Origin: Octopus sinensis
Taxonomy: Eukaryota
NCBI RefSeq assembly: GCF_006345805.1
Contig: NC_043009.1
Coordinates: 17,546,001 to 17,610,000 of the forward strand
Length of the DNA: 64,000 bases
Direction: 5' to 3'
Under the pieces are notes generated by a model, which ran no database searches, was not told the origin of the DNA, and worked only from the letters and a program-made list of their open reading frames with translations. Made by a program: the position numbers and the translations under genes. Of the stretch, positions 1 through 13,248 are shown piece by piece; position 1 is the stretch's first letter, and the number at the start of each line of letters is the position of its first letter.

Positions 1-1494
1 GTTCTTTGGATACTTCCATGTTAGAAAGGGTTTTAATCAAAGAAATTTAAAATCTATTATTCTATAAAATAATATTTAATTAGTTTAAATGTACACAAAT
101 GCATAAAAATAATTTTTAATTCCCTTAGACATTCTAAAATACTATTAAATTTCATTCAGTTTTAAAAAAGGTAAAATCGGACAGAACTTATGGGATGACC
201 TGATATATTAAATAACTATGGTAAAGTAAAATAGTAACCCAGCTATACTAAAATAGCAACCATAGCAACTCAGCTTTAATAACAAGAGAAAACAATACAG
301 TGAAGACAATAGAAAAGTTTTCAAATGTCTTCTGAAAGATTCATGGTTTATGCAAGTTGCTGATAATTTTGACAGTTTGCTCTTATTTTGCTGGTGGTGC
401 ATGATAGATTAAAAGAAGAAAGAAAAAAAAACAAAACAAACCAAACAGCGTATTTGTGAGCTATCATCAAAGGATGTGAATCAATGCTGAACTCTCAAGC
501 ATGAATGAATTCCATAGAAAGCAGATATATGGGGGCGAGGTATTGAATTATTGCAAAGGTAACTAGAGCAATTGTTCAAACAAACTCACAAAATCATCTG
601 ATCGGTATACTCATCAATCATCAACTGATTCAGAATTAAACATCAAAAATGTTATGACAGAGACAACAGTCTGAGAGAATTTCTGACTCTGACTATTAAC
701 ACAAATCATGTGTGACAATAGCTATCAGATAAGTAAAAACCATAAACCTGCAAAAAACAATTCAACTAAATAGTGAACTGGTTACATTGTGTAGGTTCCC
801 TATCATATATCAACATAAAATATTGCATAATGTCAGTTCTATGTACAACCAATTAATAATATTACATATTTCTAAGATGAATTAATCCAATCAGTATTTT
901 ATCACTGTAGTGATATTAACTTTATCATTTGTGCTTTACATCACATTTCAAGTGAGATACAGTTACTGACATATTGTTACGTTAGAGATGAACTCATGGA
1001 CAAGGTTCCACTGTTCTTTTCTATTAGTCTACGCAAATGTGTACAGGGACAAATACAGCATCAGAAAATAAAACAAATACTGAAACATCACCATCATCAA
1101 AGTTTTGGCATGTATTTTTCCATACTAACAACAGCCTGCATCTTCTGCCAGGCTCATCATCCTGAGATCAGATCTCATTATTTCCTTGGCCTTTATCTTC
1201 CACTTTCAAGATGCCTTTTCAGTTTTTTTACTTATTGTCCATTTCCATTCAACATTCACATCAGTTTACACCTATAATGCTAAGCTGCTCTCTCAGCAAA
1301 CTAAAATTAATAGTGGACGGGAGTGAACACTGCTATTAACTCAACCAATATGTGTCACAGAGAGAATGGCATAATGTGTGAGAGTTTATCTTGTGAATAG
1401 CACTTAACTATCCTTAAATTCCTGTCATGCTACCAGCTGCTGTGGTTTCATTTAGCATCTCTTTACTCATCTTAATCAGGGTTTAATAATGTAA

Positions 1495-1710
1495 CCCTTT
1501 AGCATTTAGATTCTTCTGTTAAATGCAATGCTTATTTATCCACGCTGTTTTGAATTAACCATGCATTACCTTAGCTTCAAATTTTGATGCTGTGATTGTA
1601 TATTTTTAGAATGACAGTGTAGGGTAGGTGTGACATGCTGGATTTGGCTAGTTTGAACACAAAACGATAGACTATTTTGGCCTGGTATAGCCAGTTTAAA
1701 TGCTGAAGGA
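1495..1710. mobile_element. ~220-bp TTAA-type (piggyBac-like) MITE, diverged copy
   Basis: Begins CCCTTTAGCATT and ends AATGCTGAAGGA; interior is the reverse complement of the copy at 34555-34774. Confidence 0.7.
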
Positions 1711-3089
1711 TAAAACCACTGAGCCATTCTAATTGCTTGCTTCTTCCTTTTGTCGTTGCTATTGATATTGTTGCAGTCATCAAGATGACATTAGAAATGG
1801 TTAAGATAGAATTTCAGATTAGGTACTTAGTAATATCAAACTTGATGTCTTCTATCTCTCTTGAGGTGCATCGACATACATACCAGTAATATACACTGGT
1901 TCATACAATTTACAATACTTCTACCTTTTACAAATGCTGCATTCTCAACCACAAGAGAGTATTACAATTATTACTATTCTTTTATTGGGAAGGTAAATAG
2001 TAAAGAAACAAAGTGCTTTGCCTCACTGTTCTGAGCTCAGTTCATACTAGAATTGATATCAATCTTTCTATCATGCTTTTGTAGAGACAGTATGAAAACT
2101 TCACCGTGTAAACAGGTAGCTCAAATATTGTCCTTAAGCATGGCACATTAATTATTCTTGTTTTGGGGTTGCAGAAAAAAGATTCAGCAGTTTTTTTTTT
2201 ATTACAACTACTGTACAAGTGATCATAGCTCTTAACAGATGTGTCAAATATCTAGCGCTAATTAGTACTATGAAATTGACAAGTTTTTGACTTACAGTCT
2301 TGAGTTCAAGGTAAAAATCTATCTGCAATAGGCCAGCATCCAATCCAAATGGGGTTATTTCTCATCTCTTTAATGCTATGGAAACAAGAGTTGAGAACAA
2401 CTCTGTGGATCCTGGTGTTTTGGAAATTATTAGCATTTTTATTCTTTTCTCTCTAGTGCAGCTGAAAAAGAAGGAAGAAATTCTCACCATCTTACAATAT
2501 TTGGAAAAGGTACTGCTTAACTCTCCTGCCATTTATTTGTTCCCAGACAAATTATTCAATAGAATGAAGTATGGTTATTATTTATTTCCAGTGACACCAA
2601 CTATTTTATAAAGTCGCAATTACAATAGTGTTGATAATTGAAGAGAAAAAAAATCTACAAATTTTGATTAGCTGTCAATAGTCATCTTTCATTATGAAAG
2701 AATGGAGCAGTTGTGTCAACTGTATAGGAGATATATAATTGTTAGCAGTGACTGAAAAACTAAAGTTGTCAAGGAAGTTGAAAGATTACATATTTGGAAG
2801 TAACAAAGTTGTTGGGCAAGAAATTACTAAGATGATATCGAGAGGATATGAGTAAGAAATCTCAGTGACATTTTAAAACCAACAGACTTGTCCATAATAT
2901 ATAACTGGTATGAATATTTTAACACATATGGAATTATGACACAACACACAGCTACAAAAGCTACTGATCCTGTTCAATGCCAATACACTCAAAAACATAG
3001 GGGACAGTACAAAAGATGGAAAGCAACACAAAAGGGGGTTACATTAAATTGTTTAAAAAGAAAAGCATTAAAAAACAGTTGATGATGAT

Positions 3090-4800
3090 GATACAATGTT
3101 CCTGATATAGGAAAACCTTTAGGGCCAACCAAGAAACCTAACCATCCAAGAACTCCCTAAACTTCACGAGGGCCTTCTCTGCCATTCTCCAATTGACAGG
3201 TTTACTTTTACAGTGATTCTCATACACTCTAACCAACTTCACACCCTCTTACCCACCTTCCAATAAACTCCTTCAGAAAGCTGCTCCCTCTCCACCCCCC
3301 CCCCCCCTTTTTTTCTAGTAAAAGTTGAAAAAAAATTGATGAGAACTTTAGCAGAGAATAAAGTCTTTGTCTTCGTACAAGTCAACTTTGTCCAATACAC
3401 AACTCTTTCAATATAGACACCAGACGGGAAAACTACCTGAAGGAGGGCAGTGGGGAAATCCTCACAGTGGACTCAGCTGACATTTGGACCTGTCCTACAT
3501 GTGACAGCAGCATTTCAACAAAACTACAAAAGTCAGCAATGTTCAGAGATCAAAAGAGTACATGCAGAGCAGTTTTGTTTACAAGCATCTCACAATGGCC
3601 TGTCTGATGGCACTTCAGTGCTTGTGTAGTTTATTGCAACTTGTTACATAGCACTGTTAAACCAAGGACTTCTGGAAATAATCCAAAATAATCAGTAGTC
3701 CGAAAGGTCTGGAACAGACTCCCAGATTTGTTCTCATCAACATCCAGTCACCACAAGAATGTTATCACTCATTCCCACCAATAATCCTCTACAGATCCCT
3801 AGAATGGAACATCCACAGATCCATTTGCCTGACTGGCAGAGAAGTGAGTGCTTGATGACATTTTAAATGCCAGGTACCCAGTTTCTATCACTGCTTCACT
3901 TAGGACTGTTGCTCTGTCAAGGAGATGAACTACAGAAAGATATGCCTCACAAATACTAGTTCACAGTCGATGAATCTCTGTAGGTAGTGCAGCCTCAGAG
4001 TGTGCCAATGCATCAGCAGCTAGGGCTTACCTAACCCACCATACAGAGGACACTAGTAGAGGACAGACTGCTTGACCAATGGAATGTCTATTCCATAAGA
4101 AACTGAACGACAGATGCTCCAATCTGATCAGGCAGCAAACAGTAACAGAGGTGACCAAAGAATTTTTCACGTCTGATTGACCTTTCAGGAACAACTTCCT
4201 CTCAGTCCATTTCTGGATACCACACAGACTGGCCACCCTGTTAACCTCATCCCAGTTCCCTCAATTGCCACTTAACTAATTCATTAATCTGGTCTTTGTA
4301 GTTATTTTGAATGCTGGTAAGGACACATTCAACAAAGTCCTTGTCTGAGGGCCTTATTTTAATCAACCAAGCCGAACTGTGAATATCCTATGCTATCCTT
4401 ATCCACTAGCTTAACAAATACTCTTACTATCCACATGGATGATTCACTGTGGTTAATTCATGTCCACACTGGCACATGTGGGAAATGCAGTTGGCACCTG
4501 AGCAAGTTTTTGAGGTGGATGCATCTCCTTCTCTTATGTGGTAGTCCACACAGTCCCTTTGTGCATCTAAAAATACACTTCCAATCTCCCACTAGTGTTA
4601 TTGATTAAGATGTCCCAGGAAAGCTTCTAGATGTCTGAGGAAATCAAACCATCAACCTGCTCCACTTGAGGCTTATCGATTATTTCCAGAACAGTTTCAC
4701 CAACTGCTGGCAAAACTGCTGCTATTGGTCACTGGATGCTCATTTCTGACAGCATATACAAGGGTTGGTGGCAAGTAATGAGTAAAGGAAAGCTACCTAC
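3090..4800 (-). pseudogene. Decayed L1/Tx1-type LINE ORF2 (RT and C-terminal region), 5'-truncated
   Basis: Minus-strand translation across stops and frameshifts gives KGDCVDY, GLVD*NKA, WTERKLFLKG, IRLEHLSFSFLW, PLYGGLGKP and FIGRWVR, collinear with L1/Tx1 ORF2 motifs. Boundaries approximate. Confidence 0.6.
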
Positions 4801-5086
4801 CCTCTACCCCCTCCCCCCACATACACAGTGAGTACTCATAGAAACAGAACTAATAGTAAATGTCAGAGTAGTTATGAGAGGAGTTATACAAATAAAAAGT
4901 TTGTTATTATTTAATTTTAAGGTAACAAACGATTTGTTTTTCTTTTGACAATTAGTATTCATTCCTTCGTTTTGAATAAGTACCAAGGAATTTCATAAAA
5001 CTTAACATATGTAAGCCAGAATTCCTGATATTACCCAACGCTGCCGGTCATATGACGAGTAACCCTCTAATAATAACGCTTTCTTA

Positions 5087-5470
5087 TTTTGGCATGAGGC
5101 CAGCAATTCTGATAGCGGGGAAGATTGGTTGACGCCATCGATCCCGGTACTCGACTGGAACTCTATTTTAACAACCCTCAAAGAAAGAAAACAAAGTTGA
5201 TCTCAGTGGAATCAGAATGTAAAGAGCTGGAACAAAATACTGCAAAGTAATCCGCTGCCGCCACCTGCTCTGATCATTCTGTAGCTGTACTGTTTCTAAT
5301 TTAAGGCTAACAATTTTGTAGGGGTCAATACCATCGACCCCAATACTAGACAGATACTTTATTTTATCGCCTCCGAAAGAATGAAAATTAAGCTGACCTC
5401 TCGGGATTTGAACTGGAATAAAAACCACGAGGCATTTTGTCCGACGAGTTAACAATTCTGCCAATCCATT
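5087..5470 (-). mobile_element. Two adjacent decayed SINEs (Deu/Nin-like type), ~5087-5260 and ~5320-5470
   Basis: Reverse complement of the TTTCATCCTTTC..GTCGATAAAATAAGTACC..GGGGTCGATG body seen intact at 25526-25757. Confidence 0.7.
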
Positions 5471-5549
5471 TACCAAGGTTAAGTTTTGTAAAAGAGCAAA
5501 ATTGATTAGTAGAAGAACATGTGAATGGAGACAGAGGTTATAATATGTG

Positions 5550-6666
5550 ACTCGATACGAATGTAAAGCTGTACAACGTGGGAAAAGATCGAACATAAAA
5601 CGAGCTGTCCCCCCTATTACAGCCAAACAGAAAACACATTATTTTAACATGTGACTAAATATGTATTGAAAACAAAGATGCGAAATTATTCTATCGTTTT
5701 GAACACTCAACGTCTATAAACAAAAAAAGCTTCTGAAAGCAGATAAAATAATAAACTATGATAGAACATAATATAAACATGGTGAACATGCCCGAAAAAT
5801 AACGGAGCTAACCAGAAATTGTGGAGTTTAGGCTCCGCTATAAACCGTGATTAATGATTAGATTAATTAATACACGTGTACGTAATTGGTTAGACACTAC
5901 CTTTCGATAATCTGTGCAAAGAATTAGAGACACAACAACAACAAGAATAGTAAGCAAAGAGAATGACAATATTATGTCAAAAAGGTAATGAAGGCATTTA
6001 GTAAGATGTGGGTTAAATTGAGATTGACGGCGACGGCGGCGATTGAGTCGGTGGCTGCTGGAATGGAAATTGATGGAAACACGGGGAAGTAATAGCTGCA
6101 CTGGCACAATAATAAGAGTTGCTTCCCCTTGCATTGTCGCTTGCCTCGCCTTTTCTTCTTTCACGTTCTTAATATGGTTTAATTAGATTTTCATATCCCT
6201 CCTCCTACACGCTCCTCCTTTTCACCATCAACGACATACTTACACACACACACACAAATGTACAAATTTCAGGCACACACACACACACTCCACAAACACA
6301 CAATTCTTCCCCACCTCTCTCATTCATATCTCTTTACGTAACAACACACAACCTTTCCTCCACCACCACCACCACCACCATTGTATCCTAAATCTGTCGA
6401 CCTGCACACACACACACCTATCTTTACCTGGCTGCCTTTCCGCAATGACCCAACTTGAAGAGACAACACACACACACACACACACACACTCCACAAACAC
6501 ACAATTCTTCCCCACCTCTCTCATTCATATCTCTTTACGTAACAACACACAACCTTTCCTCCACCACCACCACCACCACCATTGTATCCTAAATCTGTCG
6601 ACCTGCACACACACACACCTATCTTTACCTGGCTGCCTTTCCGCAATGACCCAACTTGAAGAGACA

Positions 6667-6697
<31 letters not shown>

Positions 6698-7100
6698 CAG
6701 ACGACTAGACATGTCTGCTTCGTGTGTTGTCTACAGCCACTGATATTAATAGAAGTCCGCTTATATCAAGCATAGCTGGTGAAGGTGATCAAGTGGGAGT
6801 TTTGGTTATTTCTTTCATAACTCAGTCAGTAGCTGTACCATTAACGATCGTTGACCTCTCGAAATCTATCAGCAGGCAGCAGGGGTTTGTAATGTTACAA
6901 ATGACAGAGCTCTCGAGAGACGGCGACGCGGGAAGAGGGAAAAGGCAAAGAAAAACAGAGAAAACGTCTATTGACGAAGAGAGAGAGAGAGGAAAGGAAA
7001 GGATGTGAATGGGCAACGATGTGGAGTGTGAAGAGAGGAAAGCGAATCTACGATGTGGGTAAGGTGAAGCGAAAAGAATCAAAACTGGGTCACAAAATAT
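5550..7100. promoter_or_regulatory. CpG-retaining region, candidate promoter / 5' end
   Basis: CpGs are frequent here (e.g. GACGGCGACGGCGGCG at ~6027 and GACGGCGACGCGGG at ~6919) but scarce in 1-5000; mostly non-repeat sequence. Confidence 0.35.
6275..6690. repeat. Near-perfect 201-bp tandem duplication bounded by (CA)n
   Basis: TCCACAAAC at 6289 and 6490; both units appear identical and begin and end in (CA)n tracts. Confidence 0.95.
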
Positions 7101-7149
7101 ATAATATAAACAATGATTGTTTCTGGACGAAATTGTCCTTCATACTCTC

Positions 7150-7530
7150 TTTTTACTCTCTCTCTTTTACTTGTTTCAGTCATTTGACTGCGGCCATGCT
7201 GGGGCACTGCCTTTAGTCGAGCAAATCGACCCCAGCCTAGTACTTATTTCATCGGTGTCTTTTCCCGAACCGTTAAGTTACGAGGACGTAAACACACCAC
7301 CATCGGTTGTCAAGCGATGGTGGTGGTGGTGGTGGTGGTGGAGCAAACACAGACACACAAACATATACACACACATACATACATACATACATACGACGGG
7401 CTTCTTTCAGTTTCCGTCTACCAAATCCACTCACAAGGCTTTGGTCGGGCTTGAGGCTATAGTAGAAGACACTTACCCAAGGTGCCACGCAGTGTAACTG
7501 AACCTGGAACCATGTGGTTGGTAAACAGGC
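7150..7530 (-). mobile_element. tRNA-derived CORE-type SINE (octopus OR-like) with internal microsatellite
   Basis: Reverse complement contains B-box-like GGTTCAGT, CCTTGGGTAAGTGTCTTCTACTATAGCC core, internal (TATG)/(CCA) repeats and the shared tail ..CAGCATGGCCGCAGTCAAATGACTGAAACAAGTAAAAG. Confidence 0.85.
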
Positions 7531-7693
7531 TAGTTTACTGACAGTTACTTATAAGAAGTCCCTCAGTGCAGAAAAGTTAATGATAAACCCCAAAACTTGA
7601 ACACGGAGAAGTGAGGTAAGAATGAGTTAACACCTGAAACTAATCACAATGAGTGCTGAGAGTGACTCAGGTGGAAACACACACACACACACA

Positions 7694-7735
<42 letters not shown>

Positions 7736-8672
7736 TGGGTGAGGAAACGAAGGAAGGAGGCACTCAACACATTTGGTAAGAATACATATATTAATATTTA
7801 ATAACAGTATGATTAGGTTCTATGCACTCCCCCCATATACATAAGAGCACTGCACACACACACACAGACGCACAAGTGAGCTGAAACGTTGAAATCACTG
7901 TCAAATAAATATAAATAAATATGGTACCCCATTGGAAAGTATAGAGTAATCTTCAATATAATATATCGAAGTTTCTATATATAACTTTACATAAGAAAAA
8001 AAAAAAACGTGTGAGTGTGAAAATATACATGAAATGAAAATGTGCTCTGAGGAATAAACTAAGAGTGGCCAGTGGCATGTAGTTTTCGAACAAGATGAAA
8101 AGGGGTATATTAAGTAATAAACCAGATAAATTCTATATTTATTGAAAGTAGCTCAGCTTCCAGACAGGGTAGAACAATTGCTTTCTTGCAATTGGTACAA
8201 ACCCAAATGAGAAAGAAAGGCAATCTCAAGGAGAAAAACTCTCTAAAACTGACATGCCATGAAGCAGATCACAGGCTGTTAGTCTGAAGAGAAGAGTACA
8301 CCTGCTAAAATGTTTCTGCTTTAATGGGCATCATCAACACAGTACATGTCTTACATTATCCCCAGCAGATAGAACACTTAGACATATACAAAGAGTAAAG
8401 AATAATTTAAATAAACTGCATCTATCTCTCTATCTATCCATCCACACACACATACATATAAATACATATAAATATATAGATACACACAAACATACACATA
8501 TGTATATATGATAGATAGATAGATGGATAGGTACATATATAAACACATGTATGATTTATGATTTATTTTAGTTTCAGCTCATGAGCTGTGGCCATGCTGG
8601 GGCACCGTATATGTATAATAGACATACATATGTAAATACACACACACACCAAAATTCATATTTTGCTTGCAG

Positions 8673-8901
8673 GGACTACATCAATTGTACAAATGTTTGT
8701 GGACCCTCTGCCACTTATATGCACTGGAGGGTGCACTGGACAAATGGAACAATCTTTGAAATTGATGTAACATCCACCACCACCACTTTCCAGATTGAAT
8801 CTGCTAACAGAGGAAACAACGCAGGGTTCGTTATAATCTATTTTGATGCTAAGAGGTTTAAGAAAAAAAGAACAAGTAGTAAGAATATATGTAAAAAATA
8901 A
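8673..8901 (+). CDS. Candidate terminal coding exon, product unknown
   Basis: Acceptor TTTTGCTTGCAG|G followed by open frame DYINCTNVCGPSATYMHWRVHWTNGTIFEIDV...KK*; no recognisable homology. Confidence 0.15.
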
Positions 8902-8912
8902 ATAATACAACT

Positions 8913-9020
8913 GTAGAACCATGGTCTGGTGCAGCCTTCGGGCTTGCCAGACCCCAGTTGAACCGTCCAACCCATGCTAGCATGGAAAGCGGACGTTAAA
9001 CGATGATGATGATGATGATG
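8913..9020 (+). mobile_element. Short 3' tail of RTE LINE / RTE-tailed SINE
   Basis: CCGTCCAACCCATGCTAGCATGGAAAGCGGACGTTAAAC(GAT)n, the same tail as the ORF-bearing RTE at 16263-17300. Confidence 0.85.
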
Positions 9021-9174
9021 ATATATACAATACGGTTTGCGTAGAAAATGTAAACACATGCAAAACCATCAAAGCAACACTTGAGTGGTTCTTGAATTGA
9101 TGTTAAAAACTGTGCAATTGTTTTCATGCTAAACTGTTTTGGTATGAGAACTTTATTAAATGAAGGCCCAATGT

Positions 9175-9377
9175 CTTTTGTCTTTTGCTTATTTCAGTCA
9201 TAAGACTGCAGCCATGTTGGGGCACCACCTCAAGAGTTTTTAGTGTAATCGATCAACCACAGAACTTATTTTTTGTCAAACCAGGTACTTATTTCATCAG
9301 TTCTTCTGCTGAACTGCTATGCTACAGAGACATAAACATGCCCACACTGGTTGGCAAATGGTGGTGGAAGACAGATA

Positions 9378-9445
<68 letters not shown>

Positions 9446-9684
9446 ATATATATATATATATTATATATATATATATATATAATATACTATAATATCTGTG
9501 GCCGCGTGTGTATCGTTGGTGATTTTCTTTCTCCATCTTCCCTTCTTTGGACTCTTTCTTTTTTTTCTATATTTCTGAGCTCCACTTGAAATGTGAAATT
9601 CTCCTTCTTTCTTGAGTGTCAAGTAACACTATACTTATTCCACGTCCTCACATTGTTGTGTTTTCTCTTTGTTCATGTTTGGAT

Positions 9685-9724
<40 letters not shown>

Positions 9725-9885
9725 CATATACGAGGGGTTTCTTTTAGATTTTGTCTACCAAATCCACTCACAAGGATTTGACCTGAAGCTATAGCAGAAG
9801 ATACTTGGCCAAGGTGTCACACAGTGAGAGTAAGCCTGGAACCATGCGGTTAGGGAGAAAGCTTCTTGCCACACAGCCACACCTT
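9175..9885 (-). mobile_element. CORE-type SINE split by microsatellites and ~200 bp of other sequence
   Basis: Tail at ~9175-9380 and head/core at ~9730-9885; same family as 32947-33346. Confidence 0.75.
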
Positions 9886-10309
9886 ATACATACACACACA
9901 TCGACACATAGGTATGATTGTGTGGTTAAAAAAATCTGCTTTGCAAATGTGATTCTGGACTTGTTCAAAGTGTAACTGAAATATGATACATGAAAACTAT
10001 GCAGAAGCCCATCAGATACACACACGTGTTTGTGCATGCAAATATCTGTTCATCTGTTCTTTTAATGCCTTTATAGATTGCACTATGGCCGTGTCGTTAA
10101 CTGTTTCAGTTTAATTCCATCCACTTCAGCTTTTATTTCAGTTTGGTTTTTATTTTATTGATCGATGATTATCAAATTGAGGAGCTACACTTTTTAACAC
10201 AAAATTGTCATTTAGACCAGTAAAGAAACATGATGGACCTCTACCTATAAGATGAAGAATATACTGGAGCAAGGCCATCTCCCATTATGTTATAACCAGA
10301 GTTTGTGAC

Positions 10310-10490
10310 AAGGCAAAATGGTTAGTGGCATTTCAGCCATCTTTATGTTCTGAGTTCAAATTTGGCCAAAGTTGACTTTGCCTTTCATCCTTTCAGGGTT
10401 GGTAGAGTAAGAACCAGTTGAATATTGGGGTCAATTTAAACGACTTTGCCCCACCCCTGAAACTGCTGGCCTTGTGCCAATATTTGAAAC
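10310..10490 (+). mobile_element. Deu/Nin-like tRNA SINE
   Basis: GAGTTCAAAT B-box-like motif, then GACTTTGCCTTTCATCCTTTCAGGG body. Confidence 0.8.
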
Positions 10491-11017
10491 TAACAAGGAC
10501 CTTAACAAAATCCTAGAATAACTAATCTCGTTTAGAAAATTACAAATGAAATAAAAGTTTAAGTTTGTGTTTGAACCTGTAGCACCACCAATGAAGATAC
10601 AAATCTGTCTAACAGACTTTACCAATCCCTTTCGGCTTGTCTGATGACTTTCAAAATGATAAACATTAAAAATACTTTGCTTTCCTTACTTATTTAATCT
10701 TTCTGTGTGCGACACACACAATTAAATGGCGGTGGTATATTGAACCAAGCTGAAAATAATGAAGATTAAAAGCGATTAAATCTTATCAACTGAAGATTTC
10801 GCTATAGCTGTTTGAATTCCCAAGTTCCAGCACACATCACATTTTATAATTCTCCACCAACAATCATTGTAACAGATATAAAAATGTTTAATAATAAAAG
10901 AGCAGACTTCATCAAAATGAGCAGTGTAAGCAGGAGTTCACAGATTCAAGACAAAAATATGACTTGTAATAAACATAATAATTCTGTGTTCCACAGGTTC
11001 TGTTGTGAGTTTTTGTC

Positions 11018-11158
11018 TCAAATTTTAGATAACTTTCTATCTTCACACAACCTCAACACACTTGAAGTTTTTTTCTTCTTCCTTTCAGCTTTAATTTGGC
11101 CAGTTTTCCTGACTTTATCATTTTCAATCTTTCCATCCAGCTTTAACTGTTCCAATTC
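11018..11158 (-). CDS. Candidate terminal coding exon of an unidentified gene
   Basis: Acceptor TTTTGTTCTGTCACAG|, phase 0; ELEQLKLDGKIENDKVRKTGQIKAERKKKKTSSVLRLCEDRKLSKI*. Confidence 0.4.
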   Translation of the reverse strand, partial: ELEQLKLDGKIENDKVRKTGQIKAERKKKKTSSVLRLCEDRKLSKI

Positions 11159-11926
11159 CTGTGACAGAACAAAAGTACCTTAATCCCCATATAAAAAGAC
11201 TGGCTGACAATAGAATAGGAAATGAAGAACAGAGAGCAAAGAATGGGTCTTTGAGAAGAAAGGAAGCAGTCAGTGGATAAAGGGAAAATGGTCAGTCAGT
11301 TGTCTGATAAAGCTTTTCAAGAACAACCAATCACAAATGATATGAAATAAGAAAAACAAAGCCTTTTACTCCCATCATAATATCCTGCAGGCTAAGTGCA
11401 ACAGCTTTCATTCTCATAATACACACACACATATATCCACACATACACATAACATATATACAGTATAGAAAATTATCACAGTTCAACAACAATAGAGCAT
11501 TGATTCTATTCTGTTATACCTCTCAAACATCTTGAGTGTGATTCGGTTTTATTTTCAGCTGTGAACCACAACTATGAAACTGTCATTCCCATCTCTACAA
11601 AACATATTGATACTGAGCACCAGTGATTCTTAAGGCTCTTTTTGCTTTTGTTTTTTTTTTTTTTGGTAACATTGTCTCTTTGCATTTACAAACTTTTTTC
11701 AACACCCACTTTCTGCTTCATATACACTTGCATACCTACCAGTTAACATTTATCTTTATATTCCAATTTATAGTTGTATTTTCTGTGAGTTTCACACGCA
11801 CATTTGTACACACATGGATTTCTCTGTCCATGTGCAAACTTACACATGTCAGTTTACGCACGTGGATTACAAGCTCAACAAATGACACTTATAGCCAGAA
11901 CTGACACCATTCAAGCATCAGCAAAT

Positions 11927-11978
<52 letters not shown>

Positions 11979-13107
11979 TCGCACACACACACACATCAGG
12001 ATGGAATCTAATACTACAAGTATAATGGCCTCCTTTATTGCATGTATGGAAATAACCACAAATTTTGACAAAGAGTTATGAATTGTATTTTGTTTATAAT
12101 TTACATGCATAGATGATGATGATGATATATAGTCAGTTTTGTTTATTTAATTATTTACATATGAAAGCCAATTATTATTGTTGATGTTGTGATTGTAGCT
12201 CACAATTTATCTTGATGCTCTTTGAAGTTTAGAAGACAAACAACTGCCGACATTCTCCATAAGGTGACCTGTTCCCACATCCATACACAATTCCATGCTG
12301 CCAACATTAACAAGCTCTGCCATACATACAGGGGGACAATACACCATTGTTTGTACTCTTCCATTAACAAAACAAATGACGGGATGTCACACATGGCTGG
12401 TTTCACCTCCCTGTCTGAGTGAATCCCTTGATCAAATGACTAACACAACCATAACTGCCATCAATCCCCTTCTTCACTCAGTTTCTCCATCATTACCCAC
12501 AATCCAGTCATGTTCCCTCACTTAATAACCACTGACATCCCAACAACAATTAGCATATATATATATATATGTATGTAGAGAGAGAGAGGAGGAGGAGGAG
12601 AGGGAGAGAGTGCCTTACAACATGCAGCTGGCCTCTGGAAAAACCAACATGTATTGGTTTGATGGGAATACCAGCTTAATTTACTTTCAAATTTCACATG
12701 AACAAATGGAGGTAGAGATGAGAGGAAGAACTTGAGCAAAGAGGGAGTGAGAGAAAGGCAAAAGCACGAGGGAGAGAGAAAGAGATGGAAATAATGGAAG
12801 AAAGAATTATAAATAACTACAGCAAAATAAAGAGCATGAGGTGAGAAGCAAGACATTCACCGAGGATATTCATCACTGACACCATGAAGAGTCATGTGGT
12901 ACAGATATACGGAACAGCATGCCCTTGGTATAATAACATGGTAAGGGTATGTATCATGTATGTGATAATGTTAAGACACCCAGCCTAGACAATGCAGTCA
13001 TAGCATTTTCCTGATATAACAAAATCTAAAACACGAGAATAAACCATACATCATATGTTTACTTATGCTTTGTCGTGTTTGCATGAGTTGAATGGGTCTT
13101 TTCTTAC

Positions 13108-13248
13108 CATTCGTTGTAGTTCTTTGCCATCAGCACCCATCAATAGTTCTATTAGCATAAACATCTTTCTTTCTGGATGCAAGTGAATGGTTGAGCACTC
13201 TGATGAAACAGTGTGAACAGACTTTTCAAATGATAATTTTGGATTTCC
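13108..13248 (-). CDS. Candidate internal coding exon of the same gene
   Basis: Open frame GNPKLSFEKSVHTVSSECSTIHLHPERKMFMLIELLMGADGKELQRM ending at donor ATG|GTAAGA (phase 0, compatible with 11158). Acceptor at 13248 or alternatively 13199. Confidence 0.4.

Noticed and set aside
2451-2503. 53-nt plus-strand exon (QLKKKEEILTILQYLEK)
   Set aside because: Good acceptor but weak GTACTG donor and no compatible neighbouring exon.
5168-5626. 152-aa minus-strand ORF
   Set aside because: Runs through two SINE relics; no domain and no splice support.
10690-10749. 60-nt minus-strand exon with strong splice sites
   Set aside because: All three frames contain a stop; at most non-coding.
12190-12420. 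RTE endonuclease N-terminal remnant
   Set aside because: A single LVNVGSM resemblance; the remaining motifs are not collinear.
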